Assembly: GCA_028534125.1 (NCBI GenBank)
Contig: CM052816.1
Span: forward strand, 24,120,001-24,184,000
Length of the DNA: 64,000 nt
Direction of reading: 5' to 3'
Source: Lama glama
Taxonomy: Eukaryota
Shown here in pieces: positions 37,481 through 50,240 of this stretch. A program made the position numbers and the translations under genes. Every line of letters starts with the position of its first letter. Position 1 is the stretch's first letter. A model generated the notes under the pieces. That model did no database searches. It saw only the letters and a program-made list of their open reading frames with translations, and was not told where the DNA came from.

Positions 37481-38191
37481 AGTATCCAACTAGGTTATTT
37501 AGGGATTTTTAATGTAAAAATTGAATTTTTAAAGAAATCAATTCATTAAGCTCTGCATGCCAATATAACTTTTGATGAAGCTGTTTCATTTCTGGTGGTC
37601 TTCACAAAAGAGCCAAAGATGAAGTGAGTCTCTGCAATAAAAAGAGAGACCCTTGACTAAAAGAATATGCCCTAGGGACTATTCCTCTATGATCATCTTC
37701 TTTTCAATTAAAGCAAAAGAGAAAATAGGAGGAAACTTCTCTCCTGTTTACTTTATATGAAATTTTAGTTGAGAATTTACCTTAAAACCTTGAGTTGTGT
37801 TGGCGAGGAGAATGTTTTTAAGGAATATGCAAAGTTCCCATCTTTATTAGTGTTAAACATGAGAATCTAAAAAGACTGAGGAAAAAAGGCACTCTAATTT
37901 CTGAAAGCTATTTTTTTTGTTTGTTTGCAATACTTATGACAACTTGAAACAGAAAGACCTTGATGATATAAAATGTTATTCCTCAGAGTTTTTATTGGTA
38001 AAACAGCCCTTGTTTTTTCTGTGCTACTGAATGAAACTTTATCCTTCAATCTATTGAACTAAAAAAAAGTATCCCTATCAAGGATCTAAAGTAATGAAAC
38101 CAAAGAGGAAGAAGTTTAGATTTTGTTTCTTCATTCATATGAGCATATAGTAATTACAGTAAAAAATACTTACAATAAAAAATATAGATAT

Positions 38192-38287
38192 GGGGGTGGG
38201 GGGTGTAGCTCAGTGGTAGAGCACATGCTTGGTGTGCATGAGGTCCTGGGTTCAATCCCAGTGCCTCCGTTAAGGGAAGGAAAAAAA
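38192..38287 (+). mobile_element. tRNA-Ala-derived SINE (camelid Vic-1-like)
   Basis: gggggtgtagctcagtggtagagcacatgctt...ggtcctgggttcaatcccagtgcctcc, with A box and B box, extra 5' G-rich leader, A tail, and imperfect TSD aaaaaatatagatatgg / aaaaaaatacatatgg. Confidence 0.85.
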
Positions 38288-38499
38288 TACATATGGATAT
38301 AAATAGGCAGGGAAGTAATCAGCAAAACTCTAAATAGTATTTCACTTTCCCACTACTGCTGTGACAGAGTAAAGCACTACCCACACAATCCAAGAAGACA
38401 GAGAATCTGAATCCTCACCTCAAAGATCTACACTAAGGCTCTTCCTGGGCATGGGGCTAGACTGTCCTCGTCCACACTTGCCCAGCCTTTGGTGAGTGC

Positions 38500-38970
38500 A
38501 GTCACGTCCATGCCTTGCACTGACAAGTTGTGACAGAAATCCAACTCAAACTGCTGTAAGAAAAGACAAAAAAGGCTTGTAACTAATGACTGGACACAGT
38601 GGCTCAACAATGTCCCCAGGATTCAGCTCTCACATGCTCTTTTTCCTCTGCTTTCTTTTGTGTTGGCTTGACTCTCCACATGGAAGCCCCTGGCAGGCTG
38701 ACTCAGCTTCAAGTCCAACAGAAAGGAAACACATTTCTGTCATTCCCAGTAGGATCTCCTGAAACTGGAAGACTTGTCCATCTTGAGCTGTGACCAATGG
38801 AATGAAAGCCCTTATTGGACAGCCTGAGGTCAGCAGCTACTCCAAAGTGAGGAGGTTGGATCAGCATTATGTGAACTCCAGAGACTGAAGAGGGCAAAGC
38901 CCATGCCCTACATACCATCAAGAGCTGTTGCTCAGGGTTTGGAGACTGGGTGGGAAAATACAACCAATTC
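38500..38970. mobile_element. Old MaLR LTR (MLT1J/K-like)
   Basis: caagttgtgacagaaatccaactcaaactg...tattggacagcctgaggtca. Confidence 0.6.
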
Positions 38971-39084
38971 CTATTTCAAATGAGGATAAAGAATCCAGAA
39001 TATGAAGAGGTCTACTTGGGGAAATGAACTGAATCTTAAGTCTCCTCTATCTGAAGCTGTGATAAACACATGATTCAATTTTAC

Positions 39085-39655
39085 GTTTTCTGTGGTCCAT
39101 CAGAAGTAGTGTATCAAATGATAACTACTCTAAAGCTACAACATGGACGGACATCAAAAATATTACATTGATACCTGCCGAGTCAAAAATCTGTATATAA
39201 CTTTAAAGTCAGTCCTCTGTATCCACTGTTCCACATAAGGGGATTCAACCAACCTGGGGTTGTGTAGTACTGTAGTAGGTACTTACTTTAAAAAAAAAAA
39301 AAAAGAAAAAACGTACATAAGTGGACCTGCACAGCTGGTATTCAAGGGCCAACTGTACTAAACAAAAGATGTCAGACACAAAAGGTCACATATTAAGTGA
39401 TTCCATTTATATGAATATCCTGAAAAATACATCCATAGAGACAGGAAGCAGATCGGTGGTTGTCAGGCATTAGGTTGAGAGGGGATGGCGCTGTGACCAC
39501 TTAAGGGCACAGGGTTTTCTTTTGCGGTGATGAAGTATTTTGGAACTTGTTATAGGGAGTGGTTGCATGACACCATGACTGTACTAAATGCCAATGAACT
39601 GTATACTTTAAAATGGTTAATTTTATGTTAGGTGAATTTCTCTTCAATTACAAAA
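39085..39655 (+). mobile_element. L1MB-like 3' end interrupted by a MER8-like Tigger element (about 39170-39357)
   Basis: L1: cagacacaaaaggtcacatattaagtgattccatttatatg...gaactgtatactttaaaatggttaattttatgtta. Insert: aaaatctgtatataacttt...ggattcaaccaacc...taagtggacctgcacag...ttcaagggccaactgta. Confidence 0.85.
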
Positions 39656-42459
39656 GAAGGACTCTAGACACTGTGCAGGACTTAATCTGAGTAGAAATCC
39701 TGATTTTTTTCCTTTCTTTCTATCTCTCTCACCTCTTGCTTAAATGCTGTTGGAGGTTCACAAACCTCTTTACTTTTTTGGAAATAAAACATTTGATCTA
39801 CACTCTGGATAAAGTAGCCTTCATGTACTCACTTCTCATCTAAAGCCAGCCATCTAGAAGCTTCCTGACCATAAAATTTTAGGTTATTTTATAGGACTTG
39901 GCCTCTGATCACTCACTCACTCCCCCTTCACCCTCCCTGTCTTCAGCAAATAGGCAGCTGGTGTGCTTTGGCTTAGGGTATATTTTATTCCCTCATTTTC
40001 TGCCTTCTGCTGAGGTGGTACTGTTTTCAGCCCATAAGGATTTAGCTAACACTGCATTGGTAAATTTCAGTTTCACATTTTGTAAATTCCAGGAGGGTCT
40101 CAACTTATAGAGGCCTCACAACAACCCACCCAGAAGTGTTCCCAAAAGAGAGTCTAGTCATTTGAAGAATGGCTCTGGTGGGTTTTGCTAAAGCCTTTAT
40201 TTCTGCGAAGTGTCATGTCAAATTTTTAGACCGATGTTCCTAAACTCTTCACACTTACCAGAAAATTGGTTGAAAACCACAAGGAATTATGCAGTTTTAG
40301 GAATATTGTGTGAATTTTTATCTGAATCCTGGCTGTGAAACGTCAACAGTTCAAACAAAGACAGAAGTAATTGTTTAAGACGTATTTCAGGGAGAAATAT
40401 AAATTGCTGTAGTGGGTATGAAGCTCAGTGAATAAATTCAGGGGTGCCAGAAGTAAAACTTTTTTCTTCTATAGTAACACTTAATTTCTATTTAGAAGGC
40501 CTGATCCCCCCTCCCAAGACAGCAGGAAGTTCTCTTGTCAGTCAGAGACCCTGACCCTTACCCTGGGGTTGTAAGTCTAAGTTCCAAGAGGTCAATGTCA
40601 TGCTAAGTTTTGGGAACGGAAGCATCTGGCCCTTGGCGCAGTCCATGCATGCAGGGACATCCCTGGACCTTGTCTCCTACTTTCACACCACACATGAAGA
40701 CCTTGTAATCATTCTGTGATTCTCTGCCCTATTAGGACCTGGAAACCTACAGGAACCTACGGAGCTGCCCATACCGTGTAGGCCTGGACTCTGTGCAGAC
40801 ATTCTTCCTGTGCCCTTTCAAACTCCTTAGGACTCTTATAGTCACAAGGCCCTTTTTATCTCAAATTGCTTCCTTTCTTTCAAGGCTTTTACCGTCTCCC
40901 TGGGACTCTGCTCAGGAAGCAGGTACAGAGACACTCCTTCTGCAATTCATCAAACTCTTCTCACATCCACTTCTCTCTGTCTCTCCCTACATATATCCCT
41001 AGCCAGGGGGAATCTTCTAGTGGGGAGCCCAGAACTGCATGGAGGCTTGAATAGGGGTGATGGCAAGGAGAGGAGAAATCAATGTATGTTTCCAAAATAT
41101 ATCATTTGCTTTTTTGCTTTGAGGATTGAAGACAAAAATAGCACAATTTTGCATGCACCCTCTCCATCCCTAAATAGTGGATCAAATCCTGGACAAAAGA
41201 ATGAACCTAATTTCAAGACATTTACCCTGATTCGTTCTTCCTACCCAAGCTGGAGCACTGACCTCCTAGCCATCTCCCATGTTAGCTTCCCTGTTTGCAG
41301 GCCCTCCCCTGTTGAGGAGATGCATGACCATCCAGGACACCTGCAGACACAGGCACCCAAGCCTCAACACAGTTCTGAGAGGAAGCACCTCCCACCCCAG
41401 GAAACACTCAAAATATTGGCTGATGATTCTTAAATATCTGTGAGACAATTTTGACACACATCTTAATCTAAAAAGAAGACTGTAGTCCAATGAGCATTTA
41501 TGCCACACAGATGCCAAGGTACACAATTCTGTGTAATATTAAGTGTATTTGTATACTGTAGAAAGGGGGCACAGAGTTTGCTCCCCAGCTGGATATTAAA
41601 CTCCTACAGGGCTTGGACCTTGTTTTATATTCCATTTTTTATCCCACTATTTCATTCTGTGCACACAATATGATGTTCTGTTTATAGAAGATGCCTCAAG
41701 AAATTCTTATAAAGAGGACAGATGAATGAAAACCATAAACTAGGAAAGCTAAAAGGAGCTTGAAAATTCATCTAGCCTTTTCCAAAGCCTTCAGGCAGGT
41801 CATAGTCAAGCCAAATCAAATAAATGAGAACTTACTCAGTCTTTTTAGAGCCCCAGCAAAAAAAAAAATTCTAAATCCATTTTCAAAAACTAGTATTAAT
41901 ATGGCATTCAGCAAGTCTATCTGAAACTTCCTTACCACATCTAAAGTGAATGTGACAGAGAGAAAACACTGGACTGGAGACAGCGGTTGGAGTGGGGCCT
42001 GGCTCTGGGGCTCACAGAGCCTTGCCCTTAACAGCATCATTTACGTTCTAGGAGTCATCTGTAAAATCTTGGGTGTTGATAAAGGATCCATAAGCTCACT
42101 AATAACTGTAAAATTCTACTAATCTTTATCATGGATGTCTCAGGAGGTGAATAGTGAGGTTCTTCTAATAAGGCAACTGAACTGTGTGGTATTGCTTCCC
42201 TTGCTTTGCTGCTTCAAAGAGCTAGAATACATATGTTTTCTCTTTATTTTCCTAGGAGGAATTGAAGATGAACAACCCTCCTGCCATCCCAGGATAGGAG
42301 AATTCGATTTTGGGCTGCTAATGATTCCAGAGTCTAGTTTTTAGGGGACTGAAAGTCTACTTTTAAGAAAAAGGGGAAAGATGTTTATAATGAGGGAGTA
42401 CCTCTGACAAAAACTCAAAGAAAGAGGGAGGATTTCCTCCAGACCAAAAAGAAATCAGG

Positions 42460-42537
42460 TACCTCAGAAATTAACACAACACCGTAAATCAAGTATACTT
42501 CGATAGAAAAAAGAAAGAAATATTCTAAGAAAGAAAG
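42460..42537 (+). mobile_element. Extremely truncated L1 3' tip with 12-bp TSD
   Basis: cagaaattaacacaacaccgtaaatcaagtatacttcgat plus a (GAAA)-rich tail. TSD aaagaaatcagg at 42448-42459 and 42538-42549. Confidence 0.85.
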
Positions 42538-42964
42538 AAAGAAATCAGGGATACTGGGCAGTGGGCATGGAGGGAGGGGCTGGTGAAGGAGCCTGGGAAC
42601 CTCTCCTGAGGAAGTTGCTCAAGAATTCAAAGACAACTGTGAGTTCACAGAAGCTCATGGGAGCCACGCCATTGCCACAACCACTCAGCCTTCAGTGAGG
42701 CACAAATCTCCTGTCCCTGCCCTGCCCCATTGGTCCTTCTGGTGGCTGATCAAGAGGAGTACGCTTCGTGGGCACCCAGCACCTCACAACTGCTGAGTGC
42801 CTGTGGGTGCTATAGTCTCTGTTCAGCCTGGCCCTGGTTCCGAGGAGACATTCCTTATGCGCCAGGACAGCCAGACACAGCAGAGCCAGGACATCTAGTG
42901 GGAGGGAGGTAAAGAAACTTAGACCTCCTGAGCCCAGGCACTGAGGGGTTCATGGAACCCCAAC

Positions 42965-44682
42965 AGCGGCACATCCAGGTTCTGTGGAGCCCAAAATATA
43001 CACAATCGAGGGATCCTCTTTAAGAAAATGAACACACAACATGAAAAAAATTAGGTAAGAATGTGAGTATTTATACTGAGATGAGAAATCACAACAAATT
43101 ACAAATTTTTAAGAGCTCACAAAGACCAAAAAACACCACAAAATCCAGGAAAATAAAATATGTTTTATTCACTAATTACCTGGCACACTTCTATTATAAT
43201 TGTTTTCTATATTTATTGGTTGTATAATATTCGAGTGCCTCTTCTTAGGAATGATGATATAACATCTTCTATAGGGGAAATAGAAAGGTAATTTGGTCTT
43301 TCCTTTAGGATGGCTGGTCAAAATATTTTTTCTGATAGCTGGGATACAGAAGACACGGTTACACACATGGACACTGTGACTGTTTTTCAGTCCGCTGTAG
43401 GTTTCTGCCTCCAAGTACAGAAATTATGATACATTCTAAGTTCTGCAATTCCCATCGAAAAAGAAAAAGACTATATGTGTGGTGTGTTTACAACTGCATA
43501 TGCTGGATTATTAATAAATATTCCTATAAGCGAGAACATCCATTTCAACTAGGCATCAATGAGAACCTCACCCTCCATGTAAAATTTTACATACCACATA
43601 TACCCCCAAGAAAGGAAAGCAGAGTCTCTAGGAGGTATCTGTACACCCATGTTCATAGCAGCATTATTCACAAGAGCCAAAAGGTGGAAGCACTTCAAGC
43701 GTCCATCAAAAGATGAATGGACAAACAAAATGTGGTATATCCATACAATGGAATATTATTTAGCCATAAAAGGAAGGACATTCTGACACATACTACAACA
43801 TGAATCCACCTTGAAGATATTATGCTTAGTGAAATAAGCCAGTCACAAGAGGACAAATATGGCATGATTCCACTTGTATGAGGTATCTAGAATAGTCAAA
43901 TTCAGAGAAAGAAAGTAGAAAGATGGTTTTAGGGTGGGGGGCGGTGGGAGAAGGGAATGAAGAGTAACTGTTTAATGGATATATAGTCTTAGTTTTGCAT
44001 GATGGAAATAGTTTTGTCGATGGATGGTGGCGATAGTTGCACAATATGAATGTGCTTAATGCCACTGAACTGTACCCTTAAAAATAGTTAATATTGTAAA
44101 TTTTGTTTTGTCTAATTAACCACAACTTTTTAAAAATTTAAAAAGTTATACATCAGATGACTGAAAGAATTTTCCAGATTAGCTCCTGACTGTGCATTTT
44201 AAACATGGTTCTACTCAAATACGTGTGGTATTGGAAGCTACAGGACATGTTCATATCACTATATGACTTCTGGTTCTGCACCTTCATGTCATAATGCCAC
44301 AGTGGGCAGCAAGAGTATTCCTGAAAGCCATTCCTACACCAGATGGTTAGGAATAACTTAACTACACACAAAAGTGATTTCAACCCTTATAACTCTGTCC
44401 TACTAAAAGTGTTCATTTCTCAACTTTCTCTTATTTGGGTCCCAGAGATGCCTCAATTGTTCCTCCACCATCCAACATAAGGGGAAGTGTGCCACAGAGG
44501 AAGTCAAACTGGAAATAAACAATAAATCTGAACTGATTAGGATTAAACATTTTGCAAATTTTAGAAAAAGAGAAAAATACATGAATATAAGTCTAACACA
44601 TTTCCTAAGACCTTGGAAGAGGCCCATGCAAATAAGGGGCCTGAAGGGTGAGCTTCACTGGCCTCTCAGTAAATTCACCCAA
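42965..44682. mobile_element. Zaphod/MER115-like hAT-Tip100 DNA transposon split by an L1
   Basis: Left end catccaggttctgtggagccc...cctctttaagaaaa...gaaatcacaacaaattacaaatt, right end aaggggcctgaag...agcttcactggcctctcagtaaattcaccc. Confidence 0.7.
43595..44145 (+). mobile_element. L1MB-like 3' end nested in the hAT element
   Basis: gtacacccatgttcatagcagcattattcacaa...atggaatattatttagccataaaaggaagg...ttaatgccactgaactgtacccttaaaaatagtt. Degenerate TSD aaaattttacat / aaaagttatacat. Confidence 0.9.
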
Positions 44683-45217
44683 GAATTCCCATTGCACTTA
44701 AAAATCCTTTCTAGATCAGTATCATTCCCATTTGTTTTGTTCTCACACTATATGTGAACTGCCAAGTCAAAGTTCTTTGTACGGTAATCCTTTTGTATAG
44801 ACATTGTATATTACTTTTCATATTCTCTCCAACTATGCTTAGTCTTTTTAACTTGTCTTTGCAGGTATTGTTTTCTAAAATTTATCATGCCTACATCTGC
44901 ATGATCTATCATAGATCATGAACTACTTGAAAACAAGAAATAGTTCTATCATGAAACTCAACGGTATGCCTGATAAGTGTATTTGGACAAGGTAATGCAT
45001 TTGTGTGTATGTGTGTGTCTGTGTATGTGAGAGAGTGTGTGTGGAGGGGATTCTCCTCTTAAAGCCTACCACAATTTTTTTTACCCATCTTTGATTGTGG
45101 AATCCAGAGGTGGGCACAGAACTCTGCCCAGGGTTTCTAAATTTTATTTGTATATGTGTGTGCATGTGTGTGTGTGTGCGCACATGTATGCGTGTTTACT
45201 ACAAAATGTACGTTCAT

Positions 45218-45900
45218 CTGCATCAGTTAGGAATTGCGTTCAACTGTGAGTAGCAGAGACCTAAAAATAGAGTGGTTTAACTAATATTTATTTCTTCCTC
45301 ATGTAATGGAAATCCAAAGGTGAGCGGTCCAAGGCTGATGTGGGAACTCCCTATTGTCACCAGGAACCCAGGCTCCCTTCAACTCTCTGACAGTGCTGTT
45401 CTTTTTTTTGTGTGTGTGTCAAATTCCAGTGTTCAGCACAATTTTTCAGTCATTCATGGACATATACACACTCATTGTCACATTTTTTTTCTCTGTGATT
45501 TATCATAACATTTTGTGTATATTTCCCTGTGCTATACAGTGTAATCTTGTTTACCTATTCTACAATTTTGAAATCCCAGTCTATCCCTTCCCACCCTCTA
45601 CCCCCCCCCCACCTCGGTAACCACAAGTCTGTATTCTCTGTCCATGAGTCTATTTCTGACAGTGCTGTTCTTTATCCTCATACTTATAAGATGGTTGCTG
45701 GAGCACCAGCCCTTTCTTTATAGGCCATCTTTTCTGCAATTCTAGGAGAAAGAAGGATAAAAGAGGTGGAAAGGCAATAAAACATGCTTCTTAAAGACCT
45801 GTCTCTTTCTAAGAATGTTCTTGGAGGTTCTGCTACATAACTTCTAAATATATCTTATTGGCCACCCCTAGCTGCAAGGAGTGAAATGGATAGAAATTTA
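45218..45900. mobile_element. Old MaLR LTR (MLT1J/K/L-like) hosting a young L1 tip
   Basis: tcagttaggaattgcgttcaactgtgagtagcagagacc...aagatggttgctggagcaccagc...tcttattggcca...ccctagctgcaagg. Confidence 0.6.
45405..45654 (-). mobile_element. Young L1 3' UTR fragment with 19-bp TSD
   Basis: Aligns to about 8173-8408. TSD tctgacagtgctgttcttt at 45386-45404 and 45655-45673. Confidence 0.93.
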
Positions 45901-46506
45901 GAAACATGGTCTTTTGCTTGATTTGTGTCTATGCAAAATGAAAACTGGGACTCTAATACCACAGAGATAGTTGGATATAGGGTAAGCTACCATCACTTCA
46001 GCTGTAATACCCCAGGCTGCCCTGGTCCTAAGCAATCTGTGAAGAGAATCATGGGCTGTTCCCTGCTTCACCTCTCTCCCTCCCACCCCTACTTAGGAAC
46101 CAACATTGTCCTACCTCAAAGGAAAAAAACAGATTTTCACGTTTAGGGATAATAATGAGAAACTTTAGATGCTGTCTTTCCCAGGAATTTGTGTTTTAAC
46201 AAACTGAAGGGGCATAGCCTTGAGTTAGAGAAATAAAGTCATCATCATATATATTCAGGTTCCAATAAGTAAGATATGGGTGATCAGGTTTGGGAAAGAA
46301 CATTTGGGTTCGGATTCCCTTGTCTCTAAAACTCAGATCACATTAGACAATGTTTCTGGTTTTTGTTTTTTTGTTTTTTTTTAATGTTCCCATTTAACTT
46401 CAGTGCATCTCTGAGCCCTAATGGCAAACATGTTACCCACCATAAATCCTAATTTAAAAAAATTTTTATTTGCCCATAGCTCATCATTCCCCTGATTCTA
46501 ACTGTA

Positions 46507-46507
46507 G

Positions 46508-46573
<66 letters not shown>
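46507..46573. repeat. (TG)n microsatellite
   Basis: Direct reading. Confidence 0.98.
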
Positions 46574-46575
<2 letters not shown>

Positions 46576-47679
46576 TGAAAGTCTTTTTAATACTAATACT
46601 AACTGGGCTTTAGTGCTGTGCTTTTTATTGGATGTTTATCATTCACACAGCATTGTGTGGGCGGGTGGGTGGGTGGGCACGGTGAAGTGCTTTTCATTTG
46701 GTTTGGTTACTCACTAGACCAGCAAGCCCACTTCAGCACACACTTAGGCAGTACATGAGAGATGGTAGGAGACCATCTCTTTTATTCCACCAAGTCTGTC
46801 AAGTAGGCATTAAGCAGAAGATGAGGTTTAGTTTCCCATGCTACGATAAAACATACACTTTAAAAAGGAATACAATTGCCTTTGAGGTACTAATGCTTTA
46901 TTTTGAGTACTATGAGGTCTTCAGGCAAATATTTCTGCAAACAGCTTTCAGAAAGGATCATATTAACTGGCATTTGTAGACCATGTTCTGGTTTATAAAG
47001 CATTTTCACGTTTATTGTCAGTGCCCAACTTTTCTCTGCTCTCGGCTGCTAGCAAATGTCATCTCGGTTTCACAGCTTTGAGATGGCCTCTGGGATGTAG
47101 CTTTTGATCTCCTCTGCCTCTAGAATGGAGACCAGAGGTTTTAATAATGGCCTAAATCACAGGTTTCCAGAAGCAACAGCAAACTGACCACTTCCTGACT
47201 TTTTTCTACCCCAAAATAATGCTATTCCCTTTGAAGCAAATAGTTCCCTGCCAGGCAAGTCAGTGAGGGGACGATGATTACAGAAAGGAGAGGGATGTTG
47301 GCAGGTCAGGATGACTTCTTTCACCCCATTTTATTCTTTCTGCTGCTCTCACTCCATGGTAACCTGACTCAAGACCAGTGTAGAGCAACAAACACACTGA
47401 TGTTTCCTTGGGGCATCAATAAATCAATCACTGAACCTCAGAGTTGACAGAAAACATAAAAGATCTGAAGACCAAGCAGCCAGATCTGTACTACCACCTT
47501 GGAAAAGGACAGTTTTTATCTCCTAGAAGGAGCAACAGGATCAGGAGTAGGCGTTCCCAGGGAAAACAGAAAACAGGCAGACAGGGTCACAGATAACAAG
47601 GCTTTGTTCCACCCCACATCCCATCCCATCTTCTGAAAATTAAATCTCTCTGGCTATAAAAATGCTCCAGAATCTCCCA

Positions 47680-47700
47680 TCACACACATACATATACACA

Positions 47701-47750
<50 letters not shown>
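47680..47750. repeat. (CA)n microsatellite
   Basis: Direct reading. Confidence 0.98.
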
Positions 47751-47859
47751 TATTCAGGTATCTCCCATCTCAAAAAAAAAATCCCTCATATTGTAGTGAC
47801 TGGAGGTAATGCTAGTGAATGGAGCTAACTAGATGATTCTCTCATCCAAAAATCTTCTT

Positions 47860-48760
47860 CCAGTGATCCACACTCATCACTACTCTCTCACCTCTCATCC
47901 GATGCTCAGCCTACTGAAATCTGGCTTAGTCCCATCACTACTCTAATACTCATCTCCAGTGACTTCCTGTTGACAAAGCCAATGCACATCTTTCAGTCTT
48001 TTATTTTAAGACAGCAGCATTGGCATGCTGACATTTTTTACTCTTGATGGTTGTGACCCTGGATTCTCCCACTCTCGTCAGATCTCCAACACCTTCCCAA
48101 GCTCCCTTCCCGTGACCCCATCCTTGGTTCCTCCGCTTCTCTCTCTCCCTACACTTCCCTGGGTTAGCTCATTCATCCCCTTGCTTTCCTTACTACCTCT
48201 GTGCTGATACTTCTTTAATCTGCACCTGGTATCCACATTATTCCCCCAGCCTCAGACTCAGATATGATTCTTCTAAAAGGAAGGCCTCCACTGAGTTGCC
48301 CTAAAACTAAACACATCATCTCTCTTTAAACCACTGTCCTTCTCTACCCACTTCTTCATTTGGCTTTAAAACTCATTAGGGGTGACCTCCCCCAGGAAGC
48401 CATCCCTGATACACAGGTATACTGGCACCCTGCATAGTTCTACACCAGAACCTGACTCTCCTTAAAAACTATTTATCTACACTGGTGAATTTACCATGTA
48501 ATAAAGCCTCAGGGATCTTGCTCACATAGGCCCCTCCCAAAGCCCCCTCTTAAGTGTATATTCATAACTTTGCATTCTTTTTCTTAAGGAGGTCCCTCAC
48601 ATTTATATAAGCTTTACACAATCAGGATCTGCCCCTTTTGGGGTCTTTTTTATCCTCTACTTGGTGAATTCTCCAAATAACAGGCAGGGTCTGCCTTATT
48701 TATTTTTGTACCAGCAACACACATTAAGCATTTAATAGTTGGTTTTAAATGAACAAACAA
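47860..48760 (+). mobile_element. L2 fragments
   Basis: cctactgaaatctggctt...cagtgacttcctgttgacaaagccaatg...cccccagcctcagactca...aggcagggtctgccttatt...aatgaacaaacaa. Confidence 0.7.
48485..48636. mobile_element. Short internally deleted Zaphod/MER115-type hAT element
   Basis: Both ends resemble the reverse complement of the termini of 42965-44682 (gaatttacc...; attctttttcttaaggagg...aagcttt...ggatctgcccc). Confidence 0.5.
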
Positions 48761-50024
48761 CCTAGAAATCTAAGGCAAGATTGACAAAGGAGGAGGAGAC
48801 AGACAAGCAATGGGTGCAGGCTGAGGTGAGATGTGGAAGGAGAAGTTCAGAACGAGGAGCACCCTGGTTCCCTGAGAACAGCCAGGAGAGGACATTAGCC
48901 TGGACACCAAGGTCAGAGCGGGGCCATGAATCAGACTTTACACAGGAAGCAAGGGTCAGACACCAGGCAGACAAACACATGCTAGGAATGTGCAAATGCC
49001 GGTGGGCAGAGCAGAGCAGAAGGTCCAGGTCTAGAACAATGGCCAGGAAACAGAGGAGCAAGACAAGCAAGCAGGAAAGCAGAAACCAAACAGCAACAAC
49101 CAGCAAGCACTTCCTGCATGGGTCTCCTATGATTCCATGGCTACAGAAGCCCTCCCGTAAGGGCAGCCCAGGGCAGGGGGGGCAGGAGTTCAGAGCACTC
49201 AGCTGAGTGATGGGGTGTAAAGGGGACAGAGGGAGCCAGCAGCCGTGGTGGGCAGATTGTGACTGCCAGTGTTTTTCCCACTTGGACTGGTGTTCAGGGA
49301 ATATGTATTTCCAACCCTGAGCATCTGTGGAAGGTGAAATGATAAAAATGCTGCTGAATTTACAAAGCCCTCTTAAAAAAAAAAAAAGGAATTAAAAATC
49401 TGTATCCATCCTGTTTTGAGATATTCTTTTAAAGATTTGCTTTCAATGATGCAACAATGAATGGCTATGTTATAGTATGAAATCAGGACAGCAGTTATGT
49501 AAAAGAGGTAAAAATGGCTTCATTAAAATGCATGGAAGGAGAAGCAATGGATTACAGTATGGATCACGCTAGAGAGGAGCAGATCACTGAGCACTGGGCA
49601 CACGAGGGAGACAGATTAATGAAAAATAAATAAAGAGGCTTCAGAAAAACAGCATGAAGCTGAACACTGATCTGCTGCTTATCACAGAATATAAGCCCAA
49701 ATGTGCACAGAAAACCTTTTCTTTCATTTGAAATGTTGATTTGCAAGTTAATGTTATTTGCCTCTTTCCCTAGTTCTCCACTTTATTTGCTTATCTTTTG
49801 GATAATTAAAGACAATTTTTAAAACTAGTAAACATCAGCATACAGGAACATCTAATGCAAGTTGCTTACCCTGGGAAAACGGAAAAGGTACAGTGCAGTT
49901 TTCTTAATAGTACAGATAACCACTGAAATTTATCAGTAAAAGAACTGATCCTTCTTGTCACTACTTTATTGTGTGTTCTGTCTGAAAAAAACTTCATGGA
50001 TGGTCCTTTGAAGGGAAAGTCACT

Positions 50025-50240
50025 TAAGGCATTGAATGAAGAATCGAATTTAGAGTCAGACGACCCAGGGTTTAAAGGCAATGCTAACATTTACATTGTG
50101 TGATTAGGACAAATCACTAAGTCCATTTGAGCTTCAATTTTTGGCAGGAAAAAAATGATACCTGCCTTATATTTACTTCTGAGTTCTCAGTGAATCTCAA
50201 GTGATCTATCAAGGAAAAAAATTTGTAAAAAGCTGTACAA
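50025..50240 (+). mobile_element. MIR SINE
   Basis: gagtcagacgacccagggtttaaa...tgtgtgattaggacaaatcactaa. Confidence 0.6.

Noticed and set aside
38192..38270. Possible functional tRNA-Ala gene
   Set aside because: Mutated anticodon loop and stems, extra leader, A tail and TSD, no oligo-T terminator: a SINE
41020..41433. 137-aa ORF
   Set aside because: GTG start, no homology recognised, no clear exon context
48762..49206. 141-aa and 114-aa antiparallel ORFs
   Set aside because: Non-ATG starts, and the composition follows a purine-skewed repeat-like tract; no domain
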